A stretch of 64,000 bases of DNA from Methanocaldococcus sp. 28A (GCA_049852185.1 CP187540.1); one strand, 5' to 3'; positions 10,979 through 22,352 are shown, counted from the first letter of the stretch. Numbers and translations: made by a program. The notes: a model not told the origin generated them from the letters alone.

Positions 10979-12703
10979 TTATTTTTTTCTACCTCTTTGG
11001 ATTTCATATATTCTTTCTACATCTTCTATGGTGTTTATATCCTCTTTTCCTTTATCAAATCTAAACCTCACAACCCTTGGGAATCTCAAAGCATATCCAC
11101 AAGGATATTTATCAGATTTTTGTATCTCTTCATAAGCAACTTCAATAACTATTTTTGGTTCAACCTCAACCTCATCTCCTAAATCTCTAATTATTATTTT
11201 ATCAATCTCCTCCTTCAACATTTCTAAATCACTTTCAGTTAATCCAGTCCCTACATGCCCAACTGGGTAGAGATTTCCTTCCTCATCCCTAACACAAATC
11301 TCAAATGAACCATACCAATCTTTTCTCTTCCCCATTCCTCTTTTTGCCTTTGTAATTACAACATCTAAACTCTCAAGAGTTGGTTTAAATTTATACATAG
11401 TTCTAACTCTACTTCCTGGAGTGTAATGGGCTTTTAAGTTTTTAATCATAACTCCTTCATGTCCTATGGAGAGAGACCAATTGTAAAACTCTTTTGCTTC
11501 TTTTGCATCATTTGTAACCAATTTATAGGATATATCAATTACTTTATCTGATTTAAGCTCTTTCTCTATCCTTTCCTTTTCAGTCCTCCAATCATTCTCA
11601 TATCCTACAATATCCTCTAAAACTTTTCTTCTCTTCTCAAATTCTTCGTCTATAAATGATATTCCATCTTTATAAAGAATATCAAATAAATAAACTCTCA
11701 AATTTATTTCTTTCATCATCTTTCCAATATCATACTTCCTCCTAAACCTTCTAAGTATATCTTGGAACGGTCTTGGTTTTCCTGTCTCTTTATCAATAGC
11801 TACACACTCCCCTTCAACAATTAACTTATCTACATCAATTTTTTTTACTGCTTCAACAATCTCAGGCAATGCATTTGTAACATCCTCCAATCTTCTGCTG
11901 TATATTCTAACTTTATTTCCATCTTTGTGGATTTGCACTCTTGCTCCATCATATTTGGTTTCAAATTGGGCTTTACCCATCTCCAATAATGCATCTTCAA
12001 TTGAAGGAGTAAGCTGAGCTAACATTGGTTTTATTGGTCTAAATAATTTTAATTTTAACTCATCACTTTCTAAATCTCCTATCAATAATTTTTCAGCTAA
12101 AAGTCCAATGTCGTTGGTTATTGCATATATCTTCTCCAACTTTTCCTTTGGAACATTGAAGTATAAAGATAAAGCGTCTAATATTGTTGGGACGTTCATC
12201 CCTATTCTCATATCCTCTAAGATTAATCTTGCTAAATATCTACATTCAATTGGTGAAGCTCTAAGGAATAAACTACTTATTAACCTCAACTTTTTCTTTT
12301 GAGACCCTTCACCTTCTATCTCCCCTACTCTCTTTAAGGTTTCATAAACTTCATCAACTGTTAATGGTTGAAAAAATAAAGATACTTGTTTAATTTTTGA
12401 TTTTAACTGCTCTATGGCTAACCCTATATCACCCGTCTCTTTAATTTTTTCTAATAGCTCATCTTTATTAATGCCTATAGAAATAACAGCATTTATTAAA
12501 AGTTTTTCTCCAATTCCTAACTCTCTCTCATCATATTCTGGATAAACTCTTCCTATAGCCATATAACAAATCTTTTTTAAATCATCTGGCTTACCTTTCT
12601 CTTTAACCATTTCTATTAATTTTATAAAGTAATCCCTTTTTTCCAATCTTTTCGTAGTTTTCTCAATTTTGTCAAATATCTCACATACATCTTTCCACAG
12701 CAT
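10979..12703 (-). CDS. lig: ATP-dependent DNA ligase
   Basis: ETKYDGAR motif I, EGVMIK, ALRFPR; no intein. Confidence 0.97.
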   Translation of the reverse strand: MLWKDVCEIFDKIEKTTKRLEKRDYFIKLIEMVKEKGKPDDLKKICYMAIGRVYPEYDERELGIGEKLLINAVISIGINKDELLEKIKETGDIGLAIEQLKSKIKQVSLFFQPLTVDEVYETLKRVGEIEGEGSQKKKLRLISSLFLRASPIECRYLARLILEDMRIGMNVPTILDALSLYFNVPKEKLEKIYAITNDIGLLAEKLLIGDLESDELKLKLFRPIKPMLAQLTPSIEDALLEMGKAQFETKYDGARVQIHKDGNKVRIYSRRLEDVTNALPEIVEAVKKIDVDKLIVEGECVAIDKETGKPRPFQDILRRFRRKYDIGKMMKEINLRVYLFDILYKDGISFIDEEFEKRRKVLEDIVGYENDWRTEKERIEKELKSDKVIDISYKLVTNDAKEAKEFYNWSLSIGHEGVMIKNLKAHYTPGSRVRTMYKFKPTLESLDVVITKAKRGMGKRKDWYGSFEICVRDEEGNLYPVGHVGTGLTESDLEMLKEEIDKIIIRDLGDEVEVEPKIVIEVAYEEIQKSDKYPCGYALRFPRVVRFRFDKGKEDINTIEDVERIYEIQRGRKK

Positions 12704-12718
12704 AACTATTCACCACTT

Positions 12719-13363
12719 TTATTGAAAACCTTCTTTACCGATTAATGGAACAAATGCTACAGGACCACAATCTTTTATTATTATATTATCTCCTCTCTTT
12801 TCAGCTAAAATTAATTTTTGCATGAATCTACCAACAGGCATTAGTAATTTTCCGCCATCTTTTAGCTGTTTTAATAAAGGCTCTGGAATCTTCGGTCCAG
12901 CAGCAGTTGCATATATTCTATCGTAAGGAGCTAATGGTTCATAACCTAAACTTCCGTCCCCCACTATTACAATAACATTATCATAACCCAATTTTCTTAA
13001 AGTTCTCTCAGCTTTCTCAGCTAATTCTGGTATTCTTTCAATACTAACAACTAAACCATCCTCTCCAACTATTTCAGCAGTCACAGCTGCATGATATCCA
13101 CAACCAGTTCCAATTTCTAAAACTTTCATTCCTGGCTTTAAATCTAAAAGCTCACACATCATTCCAACCATATGGATAGCTGAAATTGTTTGTCCATAAC
13201 CAATATCTAATGGAGTATCTACATAAGCATATTCTCTCAAATGTTTAGGAACAAACTCTTCCCTTGGGACTTTTAATAAGGCATCAATAACTCTTTTACT
13301 TTTTATATACCCCTCCCTAATTAATTTTTCAATCACTGATTTCTTTTGTTCTTCTAAGCTCAT
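12719..13363 (-). CDS. pcm: Protein-L-isoaspartate O-methyltransferase
   Basis: [28 protein letters not shown]. Confidence 0.96.
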   Translation of the reverse strand: MSLEEQKKSVIEKLIREGYIKSKRVIDALLKVPREEFVPKHLREYAYVDTPLDIGYGQTISAIHMVGMMCELLDLKPGMKVLEIGTGCGYHAAVTAEIVGEDGLVVSIERIPELAEKAERTLRKLGYDNVIVIVGDGSLGYEPLAPYDRIYATAAGPKIPEPLLKQLKDGGKLLMPVGRFMQKLILAEKRGDNIIIKDCGPVAFVPLIGKEGFQ

Positions 13364-13384
13364 GATTTCACCAAATAGGATTTA

Positions 13385-13494
13385 TAGTTTTGTACAAAAC
13401 TATCTTAATTAAAATAAGGTATTAATGAATGCCTTCTTTAAGGAAGACATTCAAAATTTCCTTTTTAAAGTTTATTTCATTTTACACACAACTA
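13385..13494. repeat. Family A element, full length (110 bp)
   Basis: Near-perfect TIRs, TA on both sides, central GAATGCCTTC-TTTAAG-GAAGACATTC. Confidence 0.9.
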
Positions 13495-13553
13495 TATATT
13501 AAGGAACATATATAAATGTTAATTATAGAAAATTACATAGCGGCTATAGATTT

Positions 13554-14000
13554 GTGCAAAATAAATTAAATTTTATGGTGTTGAATATGGTTGAAGAATC
13601 TTTCTTAACAGATACTCAAATTAAAGTTTTAAAATTAAGAAAAAAAGGATTAACTCAGGAAGAGATAGCAAAGATATTTGGAACAAGCAGAGCTAATATT
13701 AGTATGATTGAAAAAAGGGCAAAAGAAAATATAAAAAAGGCATATAATACAATAAAAATTTATAATAGAATAATGGCTCCTCTATCTATTGAAATTGAAG
13801 AGGGCACAGATGTTTTAGATATTCCAGATATCGTATTTAAAAAAGCAGATGAAGGAGATATAAAAGTAAAATACAACACCTTAGAGCTTATAGAATTTAT
13901 AAAAGAAAATGCTTCAGAATTTATAAAAAAAAGAATAGTTAAAAAGAAATTTAAAATATACATTCTTGAAAATGGGGAGTTAGATATTGGAGGGAGCTAA
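13554..14000 (+). CDS. tfx: Tfx-family DNA-binding protein (start probably 13587)
   Basis: SFLTDTQ...LTQEEIA..GTSRANISMIE HTH. Confidence 0.88.
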   Translation: MQNKLNFMVLNMVEESFLTDTQIKVLKLRKKGLTQEEIAKIFGTSRANISMIEKRAKENIKKAYNTIKIYNRIMAPLSIEIEEGTDVLDIPDIVFKKADEGDIKVKYNTLELIEFIKENASEFIKKRIVKKKFKIYILENGELDIGGS

Positions 14001-15044
14001 ATGAAAATCATAGAAGAAATCCCACAAAAAAATATTATTAAGCTTATGCCTGAAAATTTGGATGATTTGTGGGTTTTGTATAACATTATTGAAGAAGGAG
14101 ATAAAGTATTTGCAGTTACTGAAAGGAGAGTTCAAGATAAAGGAGATGTTATTAGAGCAGATAGAGGAGCTAAGAGAAAAATGTTTTTGGGAATAGAGGT
14201 AAAAAATGTAGAATTTGATGAAAACACAAAAAGAGTTAGAATTTTAGGGACTATAATTCATGGACCAGACGATGTTCCTCTCGGCAGTCATCATACAATT
14301 GAAATTAAACCATTTGATGAGCTTTCAATTGAAAAAAATTGGAAAAAATGGCAGATAGAGAGAATAAAAGAGGCTATTGAATCATCTAAGAGACCTAAGA
14401 TTTTAGTTGTTGTTATGGATGATGAAGAAGCTGATATCTTTGAGGTTAGAGATTACAGCATAAAAGAAATTTGCTCAATAAAATCTCATACTTCAAAAAA
14501 ATTAGATTATAAAATTAATGAAGAATTAAAAAAGGAGTATTATCATGAGATAGCTAAAGTTTTATCAGAGTATGATGTTGATAACATCTTAGTTGCAGGC
14601 CCTGGGTTTGCAAAAAATAGCTTTTACAATTTTATTTCTTCCCAATATCCTGAACTTAAAAATAAGATTGTAGTTGAAAGTATATCAACCACATCAAGAG
14701 CTGGATTAAATGAAGTTATTAAAAGAGGAATTATTAATAGAATATATGCTGAGTCAAGAGTCGCAAAAGAAACACAATTAATCGAAAAACTGTTAGAAGA
14801 GATTGCTAAAAAGGGATTGGCAGTTTATGGCATTGATGAAGTAAAAAAAGCCTTAGAATACTCAGCTATAGATACACTATTAGTTTCAGATAGCATCGTA
14901 AGGAATTATATAATAGAAGAAATAATAGACACTACAGAAGAGATGGGTGGGAAAGTAGTTATTGTTTCTTCTGAACATGATGCTGGAAAGCAATTAAAAG
15001 CATTAGGGGGAATAGCAGGATTATTGAGGTTTCCTATTGAATAA
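14001..15044 (+). CDS. pelA: Pelota (ribosome rescue factor)
   Basis: PENLDDLW, AGPGF, LGGIAGLLRF. Confidence 0.96.
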   Translation: MKIIEEIPQKNIIKLMPENLDDLWVLYNIIEEGDKVFAVTERRVQDKGDVIRADRGAKRKMFLGIEVKNVEFDENTKRVRILGTIIHGPDDVPLGSHHTIEIKPFDELSIEKNWKKWQIERIKEAIESSKRPKILVVVMDDEEADIFEVRDYSIKEICSIKSHTSKKLDYKINEELKKEYYHEIAKVLSEYDVDNILVAGPGFAKNSFYNFISSQYPELKNKIVVESISTTSRAGLNEVIKRGIINRIYAESRVAKETQLIEKLLEEIAKKGLAVYGIDEVKKALEYSAIDTLLVSDSIVRNYIIEEIIDTTEEMGGKVVIVSSEHDAGKQLKALGGIAGLLRFPIE

Positions 15045-15647
15045 CTACTCTTGAACTCTTTTTAGAAGCTCTCTAAGCTTAAGGTTTTCAATAAATGTAA
15101 CAATATCACCATGGGTTTTTTCTAAGATTCCTCTGCAGATATCTTGCTTTCTTCTTAAATTATCCACTACATGGTAATAATCAAAGTTCATTAAAAATTC
15201 ATATAAATCTTCCATGAATTTGAAATATTTCTCAACCTCTTCTAAATTATCATTTTTCATTGCCTCTAATACCTCTCTCCTCAACTCTCCAATAACATCA
15301 GCCAATCCTAAAATGTAGTTCTCCTCTCTAATAAAATCAAGCTCTTTGAAACTTGGAATTTTATTATCAAATTTTATCATATACAAGGTGAGTGCTTCAA
15401 CAAATTCTTGTTGAGGTGTTGATAGATAATTAATAAACTCTGGAAATGTTGCTAAACTATTTAGCTTTTTAATTTTTTCTGATATTTCATTTAATTCGTC
15501 TTTAAAATTACCTTTATTATTTGACTTGTGGATTTTTCTAATTAACATAGCACAATCTCTTGTTATTTCTCTTGATAATTTTAAAATTTCTTCTCTAACA
15601 CTATCTTTATTTGCAAGGTAGTTTATTAAATAATTTAGCTCGTCCAT
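15045..15647 (-). CDS. Translin/Trax-family nuclease
   Basis: QEFVEA, YILGLADVIGELRR, LRRKQD. Confidence 0.9.
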   Translation of the reverse strand: MDELNYLINYLANKDSVREEILKLSREITRDCAMLIRKIHKSNNKGNFKDELNEISEKIKKLNSLATFPEFINYLSTPQQEFVEALTLYMIKFDNKIPSFKELDFIREENYILGLADVIGELRREVLEAMKNDNLEEVEKYFKFMEDLYEFLMNFDYYHVVDNLRRKQDICRGILEKTHGDIVTFIENLKLRELLKRVQE

Positions 15648-15749
15648 AATATCACCAAAAATTTTATATACCCATTTGTTAGTATTTGTTTATACACTCC
15701 TTTTCTTTTATTACACTAATCCGTTATTAATTTATACCTCAATGATGTA

Positions 15750-15838
15750 GGACTTTCGCAGGAATAAATTTCTTATGGTAAATTGACGCCATTTAAGTTA
15801 TTATATAAGGATATAATGTATATAAACTGCGAAAGTCC
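15750..15838. repeat. Family B element, complete (89 bp)
   Basis: TA-GGACTTTCGCAG...CTGCGAAAGTCC-TA. Confidence 0.9.
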
Positions 15839-15843
15839 TACAA

Positions 15844-15885
15844 TGCAAACCTGAAAAGCCTAAATAGGGCAATGACAGGTTTGCA
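15844..15885 (+). promoter_or_regulatory. Structured hairpin upstream of the rpl3 operon (candidate r-protein leader)
   Basis: 10-bp stem TGCAAACCTG/CAGGTTTGCA with a purine-rich internal loop and an upper stem. Confidence 0.5.
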
Positions 15886-15977
15886 AAATAAAGCTATTTA
15901 TATTTTATATATTAAATTAAACAAAACACTTAATAAAAAATTTTAAAAATATCAATAAATATGCTGGAGGTTAGATT

Positions 15978-16985
15978 ATGGGATTAAATGTTAATAGACC
16001 AAGAAGAGGTTCATTGGCATTCAGTCCAAGAAAAAGAGCAAAAAGACCAGTTCCAAGAATTAGAAGCTGGCCAGAAGAAGAGACAGTAAGGTTACAGGCA
16101 TTCCCTGTATATAAAGCAGGAATGAGCCATGCATTTATTAAGGAAGATAATCCAAAAAGTCCAAATGCTGGGCAAGAGATATTTACTCCAATCACAATAT
16201 TGGAAGCTCCACCAATCAACGTATGTGCTATAAGAGTTTATGGAAGAAATGAGAGAAACTACTTAACAACATTAACAGAAGTTTGGGCTGACAACTTAGA
16301 CAAAGAATTAGAAAGAAAAATCAAATTGCCAAAGAAAGAAGATAGAAAGACAGTAGAAGATTTAGAAGCATTAAAAGACAAAATTGAAGAAGTTAGAGTT
16401 TTAGTTCATACAAATCCAAAATTAACATGCCTTCCAAAGAAAAAGCCAGAAATCTTAGAAATTAGAATTGGAGGAAAAGATATCGAAGAAAGATTAAACT
16501 ATGCTAAAGAGATTTTAGGTAAGCAATTAAACATTACTGATGTCTTCCAAGAAGGAGAGTTAGTTGATACAATTGGAGTAACAAAAGGTAAAGGATTCCA
16601 AGGACAGGTTAAAAGATGGGGAGTTAAGATACAGTTTGGTAAGCATGCAAGAAAAGGAGTAGGTAGGCATGTAGGTTCTATTGGTCCATGGCAACCAAAG
16701 ATGGTTATGTGGAGTGTTCCAATGCCTGGACAAATGGGATATCACCAAAGAACTGAATACAACAAGAGGATATTAAAGATTGGAAACAATGGAGAAGAAA
16801 TTACACCAAAAGGTGGATTCTTACATTATGGAGTTATAAGAAACAACTATGTTGTATTGAAAGGTTCAGTTCAAGGACCTGCAAAGAGATTAATTGTATT
16901 AAGAAGAGCTATAAGGCCACAGGAACCATTAATCAAAGTACCTGAAATTACATACATAAGTACAACATCAAAGCAAGGTAAGTAA
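15978..16985 (+). CDS. rpl3: 50S ribosomal protein L3
   Basis: [29 protein letters not shown]. Confidence 0.98.
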   Translation: MGLNVNRPRRGSLAFSPRKRAKRPVPRIRSWPEEETVRLQAFPVYKAGMSHAFIKEDNPKSPNAGQEIFTPITILEAPPINVCAIRVYGRNERNYLTTLTEVWADNLDKELERKIKLPKKEDRKTVEDLEALKDKIEEVRVLVHTNPKLTCLPKKKPEILEIRIGGKDIEERLNYAKEILGKQLNITDVFQEGELVDTIGVTKGKGFQGQVKRWGVKIQFGKHARKGVGRHVGSIGPWQPKMVMWSVPMPGQMGYHQRTEYNKRILKIGNNGEEITPKGGFLHYGVIRNNYVVLKGSVQGPAKRLIVLRRAIRPQEPLIKVPEITYISTTSKQGK

Positions 16986-17028
16986 ATAAAAAACACTTTA
17001 AAATAATTGAAATAAAAGGTGGATAATA

Positions 17029-17787
17029 ATGAAGGCCGTTGTTTATAATTTAAATGGAGAGGCAGTTAAAGAAATTGACTTACCAGCAGTATTTGAAGAA
17101 GAATACAGACCAGATTTAATTAAAAGAGCATTCTTGTCTGCATTTACAGCAAAATTGCAGCCAAAAGGTTCAGACCCAATGGCTGGAAAGAGAACAAGTG
17201 CTAAGAACATTGGTAAAGGGCATGGTATGGCAAGAGTAGATAGAGTCCCACAAGGATGGGCGGCATTTGTTCCACAAGCAGTTGGTGGAAGAAGAGCTCA
17301 CCCACCAAAAGTTGAAAAAATATTATGGGAAAGAATAAATAAAAAAGAAAGAATTAAAGCAATAAAGAGTGCTATTGCAGCTACAGCAAACCCTGAATTA
17401 GTTAAAGAGAGAGGGCATGTCTTTGAAGCAGAAAACTTACCTATAGTTGTTGAAAGCTCATTTGAAGAGTTGCAAAAAACAAAGGATGTATTTGCAGTAT
17501 TTGAAAAATTAGGTATTAGTAGTGATATTATAAGGGCTAAGAATGGAATTAAGATTAGAGCTGGAAAGGGTAAGATGAGAGGAAGAAGATACAAAAAACC
17601 AAGAAGTATTTTAGTTGTTGTTGGAGACAAATGCAATGCTATATTAGCTTCAAGAAACTTACCAGGAGTTGATGTAATTACAGCTAAGGATTTAGGAATT
17701 ATACACTTAGCTCCTGGAGGGGTTGCTGGAAGATTAACAGTATGGACTGAAAGTGCATTGGAGAAATTAAAAGAGAGATTTGAATAA
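17029..17787 (+). CDS. rpl4: 50S ribosomal protein L4
   Basis: [24 protein letters not shown]. Confidence 0.98.
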   Translation: MKAVVYNLNGEAVKEIDLPAVFEEEYRPDLIKRAFLSAFTAKLQPKGSDPMAGKRTSAKNIGKGHGMARVDRVPQGWAAFVPQAVGGRRAHPPKVEKILWERINKKERIKAIKSAIAATANPELVKERGHVFEAENLPIVVESSFEELQKTKDVFAVFEKLGISSDIIRAKNGIKIRAGKGKMRGRRYKKPRSILVVVGDKCNAILASRNLPGVDVITAKDLGIIHLAPGGVAGRLTVWTESALEKLKERFE

Positions 17788-17815
17788 ATAAAAAGATAGA
17801 AACAAGGGGATAAAA

Positions 17816-18076
17816 ATGGATGCCTTTGATGTAATAAAAATGCCAGTTGTTACAGAAAAAACTGTTAGAATGATTGAAGAAGAAAACAAATTAGTATTTT
17901 ATGTTGATAGAAGAGCTACAAAAGAAGATATAAAGAGAGCTATGAAAGAATTATTTGATGTAGAAGTTGAGAAAGTAAATACATTAATAACTCCAAGAGG
18001 AGAAAAGAAAGCTTATGTTAAGTTGAAAAAAGGATATGACGCAAGTAAAATAGCTGCAAGTTTAGGAATCTACTAA
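17816..18076 (+). CDS. rpl23: 50S ribosomal protein L23
   Basis: PVVTEK, KVNTL, KKAYVKL. Confidence 0.97.
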   Translation: MDAFDVIKMPVVTEKTVRMIEEENKLVFYVDRRATKEDIKRAMKELFDVEVEKVNTLITPRGEKKAYVKLKKGYDASKIAASLGIY

Positions 18077-18117
18077 ATAAATTGAAACACAAAAATTTAT
18101 TATAAGTGGTGGTGAAA

Positions 18118-18843
18118 ATGGGAAAAAGATTAATCTCTCAAAGAAGAGGTAGGGGAACTCCAACCTATACTTGCCCTTCACACAAAAGAAGAGGAGAAGC
18201 AAAATACAGAAGATTTGATGAATTAGAAAAAAAAGGAAAAGTTTTAGGTAAAATTATTGATATTTTACACGACCCAGGAAGAAGTGCTCCAGTAGCAAAA
18301 GTTGAATACGAAACAGGAGAAGAAGGATTGCTGATTGTTCCAGAAGGTTTAAAAGTAGGAGATGTCATTGAGTGTGGTGTTGCTGCTGAAATAAAACCAG
18401 GAAATATCTTACCATTAGGAGCTATTCCAGAAGGGATTCCTGTCTTTAATATAGAAACAATTCCGGGAGATGGGGGAAAATTAGTTAGAGCAGGAGGTTG
18501 CTACGCTCACATATTAACACACGATGAAGACAGAACTTATGTAAAATTACCTTCTGGACACATTAAAGCTTTACACTCCATGTGTAGAGCTACAATAGGA
18601 GTAGTTGCTGGTGGAGGTAGGAAAGAGAAGCCATTCGTTAAGGCAGGTAAAAAATATCACGCTATGAAAGCTAAAGCTGTTAAGTGGCCAAGAGTTAGAG
18701 GAGTTGCAATGAACGCTGTCGACCACCCATTTGGTGGAGGAAGACATCAACATACTGGTAAACCAACAACTGTTTCAAGAAGAATGCCCCCAGGAAGAAA
18801 GGTTGGACATATTGCTGCAAGAAGAACTGGAGTCAGAAAATAA
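18118..18843 (+). CDS. rpl2: 50S ribosomal protein L2
   Basis: MGKRLISQRRG, HDPGR, RGVAMNAVDHPFGGG; ATG at 18118 follows GGTGA. Confidence 0.98.
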   Translation: MGKRLISQRRGRGTPTYTCPSHKRRGEAKYRRFDELEKKGKVLGKIIDILHDPGRSAPVAKVEYETGEEGLLIVPEGLKVGDVIECGVAAEIKPGNILPLGAIPEGIPVFNIETIPGDGGKLVRAGGCYAHILTHDEDRTYVKLPSGHIKALHSMCRATIGVVAGGGRKEKPFVKAGKKYHAMKAKAVKWPRVRGVAMNAVDHPFGGGRHQHTGKPTTVSRRMPPGRKVGHIAARRTGVRK

Positions 18844-18909
18844 TTTCTTCCTAATTAATAATAATATATATTTAATATATTTAAAAATATATATTAAAGG
18901 TGACTAATT

Positions 18910-19368
18910 ATGGCTTCAACAAAAAGGAGAAGAATTAAAAAGAAAAAACAAGTAATTTCAAGAAGAGTCGAATTTAGATACAGAGGTTATACATTAGAAG
19001 AACTCCAACAAATGCCTTTGAGAGAGTTTGCAAAGTTATTACCTGCAAGACAAAGAAGAACATTATTGAGAGGGTTAACCCCACAACAAAAAAAATTAGC
19101 TATGAAAATCAAAAAAGCAAGAAGATTATTAAACAAAGGTAAAGAGCCAAGAATTATAAGAACTCACTGCAGAGATTTTGTTATAACACCAGATATGGTT
19201 GGTTTAACATTTGGAGTTTATAACGGAAAAGAGTTTGTTGAAGTTAAAGTAACTCCAGAAATGATTGGACACTACTTAGGTGAGTTCTCATTAACAAGAA
19301 AACCAGTTCAGCACGGTTCACCAGGTATGGGTGCTACAAGAAGTTCAATGTTTGTTCCAATCAAGTAA
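18910..19368 (+). CDS. rps19: 30S ribosomal protein S19 (uS19)
   Basis: [15 protein letters not shown]. Confidence 0.97.
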   Translation: MASTKRRRIKKKKQVISRRVEFRYRGYTLEELQQMPLREFAKLLPARQRRTLLRGLTPQQKKLAMKIKKARRLLNKGKEPRIIRTHCRDFVITPDMVGLTFGVYNGKEFVEVKVTPEMIGHYLGEFSLTRKPVQHGSPGMGATRSSMFVPIK

Positions 19369-19429
19369 ATTCGGAAGAATTTTTTACTATTTTTTATTTT
19401 ATTGGAAATTTTATTTAACTTTTTAATTT

Positions 19430-19500
19430 TATATTGAACATACCTTAAGGTGACTAAATACCAAAAATTAATAAATTAATAATATAAAGTGCGAAAATCC
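19430..19500. repeat. Family B element lacking its left TIR
   Basis: Central ACCTTAAGGT palindrome and AAAGTGCGAAAATCC-TA overlapping the hypA stop. Confidence 0.7.
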
Positions 19501-19871
19501 TATTCATACTCGACAGTTGCATTTTTTATATTAAATTCTTTCCCTCCAAAGAGTTTTAGCCTTATACTTTTACAATTTGGGCAATATATTTCAAACTCAT
19601 CCTCTATTATTGCCTCTCCTTCATATCCACAATCTAAGCATTTACATTTTGGTTTTATAAATTTAACATTAATTTTAGCATTCTCGCAAATAGTTCCTTC
19701 AGCAATAACTTCAAATGCAAATTTTAACTGCTCAATATTAATAAATGTTAGTTCTCCAATCTCTAAGTTAATTTCACTAACTTTCTTTATCTTTTTTCCT
19801 TTATCTTCTACTTTTTTTACACTATTTAGAATTGCCTCAAGCATAGCTGTGGCATAGGACAATTCATGCAT
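19500..19871 (-). CDS. hypA: Hydrogenase nickel chaperone HypA
   Basis: MHE N-terminus, two CxxC motifs, GKEF. Confidence 0.96.
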   Translation of the reverse strand: MHELSYATAMLEAILNSVKKVEDKGKKIKKVSEINLEIGELTFINIEQLKFAFEVIAEGTICENAKINVKFIKPKCKCLDCGYEGEAIIEDEFEIYCPNCKSIRLKLFGGKEFNIKNATVEYE

Positions 19872-19873
19872 AC

Positions 19874-20326
19874 TTATCCCAGCCCTAATTCTTTAATAAT
19901 TATTTCTTTAACTTTATCTTCTTTATTTTTTGGAGTAAATATTTTGAAATTAAAAACAGCTCTTATAACATCATCCCCATCTACAACTCTACACTCTCCT
20001 AAATAAGCTCTTTGCTTGTCAAATCTAATATAAAATTTGTTATCCTCAACTCTTAAGTGTAAATCCTTTTTTAATTTGTTTAAATTTCTTTCATCTGATT
20101 TTATCAAATCTATAACATGTTTAAATATCTTCTTAGCTTCTTTTCCTTCAACATTAATATTGATAATCTTTATAGGATTTCCAAAATAACCTTGTGTTTC
20201 AACAACTTCTAAGTTTATTTTCTCCTCATCAACATCTTGTGGAATAATAAACTCCAATGCCTCTAAAACTTTATCTTCATCCTCAGTAGCATGTACTATT
20301 GCACTAATTTTTATAGAATTTAGCAT
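19874..20326 (-). CDS. DUF54 RNA-binding protein
   Basis: HATED, GYFGN, RFDKQ. Confidence 0.85.
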   Translation of the reverse strand: MLNSIKISAIVHATEDEDKVLEALEFIIPQDVDEEKINLEVVETQGYFGNPIKIININVEGKEAKKIFKHVIDLIKSDERNLNKLKKDLHLRVEDNKFYIRFDKQRAYLGECRVVDGDDVIRAVFNFKIFTPKNKEDKVKEIIIKELGLG

Positions 20327-20436
20327 AGTAACACCTTTTCTAAATTATAGTTTTGTGCAATAAAAATTGCATATCCATAAAATAAGAATTTATTAAGAAT
20401 TTCCAATAGACAATTATAAAAAAGAACTATAAAAAT

Positions 20437-20700
20437 TTATTTAGCTAAAATGATTTCAATTGTTGAGACATTAACTTCTCTCCCATCTGGGTTTTTTACT
20501 TTGTCTGTCCCTATTTCTATTTTCTTAACTTTTATGTCTTTTATAAATCTGTTTCTTATCATCTCTGCAACATCCACTGCTTTATTAATGGCTTTTCCTC
20601 TTGCTTTTATTATCACTTCATCGTTACTTGTTAACTGTGTTAGAACTGCTACAACGTAGTTCATCACTGGCTTTTTCCCTATTAACACTACATTATCCAT
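20437..20700 (-). CDS. albA: Chromatin protein Alba
   Basis: [25 protein letters not shown]. Confidence 0.97.
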   Translation of the reverse strand: MDNVVLIGKKPVMNYVVAVLTQLTSNDEVIIKARGKAINKAVDVAEMIRNRFIKDIKVKKIEIGTDKVKNPDGREVNVSTIEIILAK

Positions 20701-20803
20701 ATTCTCAACCTATCTGATATCTGTTGTATAAATGCATATAGAATTAACTTCATTACCTATTTATATTTTTCATTGAAACTTTTAGTAAAAGTTTCATCAA
20801 AAC

Positions 20804-20834
20804 GGATGCATTGCTTCCTAAAGGAAGTAATGCC
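20804..20834. repeat. GC-rich palindrome related to the element at 44102-44170
   Basis: GGATGCATTGCTTCC-TAAA-GGAAGTAATGCC shares the GGATGCAT...ATGCC frame. Confidence 0.6.
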
Positions 20835-21016
20835 CATATATAATAACATAGGACTTTCACAAGATAAAAATTTAGTTCCCATCAAGCATTCACATATTTG
20901 TTAATGTTGTTTAATTATATTAAGATATTGATGTGTTATAGGGCAATCGTGAATAAGACAATCTTAACGGATAATTTAGATATGGCTCGAATATGTTTTG
21001 GAACTTCTCAATGATA

Positions 21017-21094
21017 GGACTTTCGCAAGGATAAATAATAATGAACTTTAATGCCTTTGGCATCTATACCTTATTTAGTTAGTATATAAACTGC
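21017..21094. repeat. Family B element with truncated right TIR (solo left TIR also at 20851)
   Basis: TA-GGACTTTCGCA, central ATGCCTTTGGCAT, TATATAAACTGC. Confidence 0.8.
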
Positions 21095-21095
21095 T

Positions 21096-22352
21096 TTATA
21101 GGACAGTATCTTCTGGGTAAGCAGGCATCTTGTGCTCTGCCAAGTCCAATCCCATTTTCTCTTCATCTTCACTAACTCTCAAACCTCCAAGAACCATTCC
21201 TACAATCTTAGCAAGTATAAATCCTAAGCCAGTTCCATAAATGATACAGAATATTGATGCAATAATTTGTTCAACTAAATTGACTCCTCCAGCTCCTCCT
21301 AAAGCAGGCAATCCAAAGATTCCTGCCAATATAGCTCCAACAACTCCTGAAGTTCCATGAACTGGAACAACACCACAGACATCATCCAACCCAAATTTTT
21401 CAACTAGTTTATAAACTATTGGAACTTGTAATCCAGCTATTAATCCTATTATTAATCCGCCAATTGGACTTACAATATCTGTTCCTGAACAAATTGCTAC
21501 TAAGCCAGCAACAATTCCGTTAGCTGTAAAGAGGACATCTTTCTTTGACGTAATTAAAGCTCCAAGACCTCCTCCAGCCATTGCCATTGTTGTTGTTGCA
21601 CATACGAGTCCTGAGATATCTTTTAATGCTAAGGAACTACCTACGTTGAATCCATACCAACCAATAGCCAATGCAAAAGCCCCAAAAACAGCCATTGGTA
21701 TGTTATGCCCTAATATTGGCACTGGTTTTCCATTAACGAATCTTCCTACTCTTGGTCCTATTGCTAAGATAGCCCCTAAAGCTAAGAATCCTCCCAAACC
21801 GTGAACTACCAAACTTCCAGCATAGTCATGCCATGGGACAATTCCCGCTCCCCAAGGTCCTAAATATACAAATAACGGATACAAGAGTGCTGTAATAATC
21901 AAAGATAATAATACATAAGCACTAAATTTAATTCTCTCAGCTACTCCTCCAGATACAATTGTTGCCGCTGTTGCACAGAATACCAAACCAAAGAACCAGC
22001 TTGCTAAATTTAATCCATTGTTTGGCCAGTTTGTACTAAATATTTGACTCCACCAGTGTATATATGCTGAAAGATTAAAACCTGATTTAGCTAATACTCC
22101 ACCTATAAACAACCATGCAACACAACCAATAAGCCAATCAACCATGTTTTTCATCATAACATTATTAACATTTTTCTTTCTAACCTGCCCGCCTTCAAGC
22201 ATTGCAAAGCCCCACTGCATCATGAAGACAAGAACTCCCATAACTACAAGGAAGAAAACATCTGAAGCATTAGCCATTATAGTCAAAGCCTGAACTATTG
22301 AATTTATATCAGTTGCATTTGCTAATAAATCTGCTGTAGCCATTGCCTTCAC
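21096..22352 (-). CDS. amtB: Ammonium transporter
   Basis: MQWGFAMLEGG, DYAGSLVVH, GWYGFN, DDVCGVVPVH. Confidence 0.96.
   Translation of the reverse strand: MKAMATADLLANATDINSIVQALTIMANASDVFFLVVMGVLVFMMQWGFAMLEGGQVRKKNVNNVMMKNMVDWLIGCVAWLFIGGVLAKSGFNLSAYIHWWSQIFSTNWPNNGLNLASWFFGLVFCATAATIVSGGVAERIKFSAYVLLSLIITALLYPLFVYLGPWGAGIVPWHDYAGSLVVHGLGGFLALGAILAIGPRVGRFVNGKPVPILGHNIPMAVFGAFALAIGWYGFNVGSSLALKDISGLVCATTTMAMAGGGLGALITSKKDVLFTANGIVAGLVAICSGTDIVSPIGGLIIGLIAGLQVPIVYKLVEKFGLDDVCGVVPVHGTSGVVGAILAGIFGLPALGGAGGVNLVEQIIASIFCIIYGTGLGFILAKIVGMVLGGLRVSEDEEKMGLDLAEHKMPAYPEDTVL

Noticed and set aside
13426-13452. Family A central palindrome as an NrpR site
   Set aside because: Half-sites are inverted (TTCC-N4-GGAA), not GGAA-N6-TTCC
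15844-15885. SECIS element
   Set aside because: Lacks the GAA/A loop followed directly by a GC helix, and no in-frame-TGA selenoprotein was seen nearby
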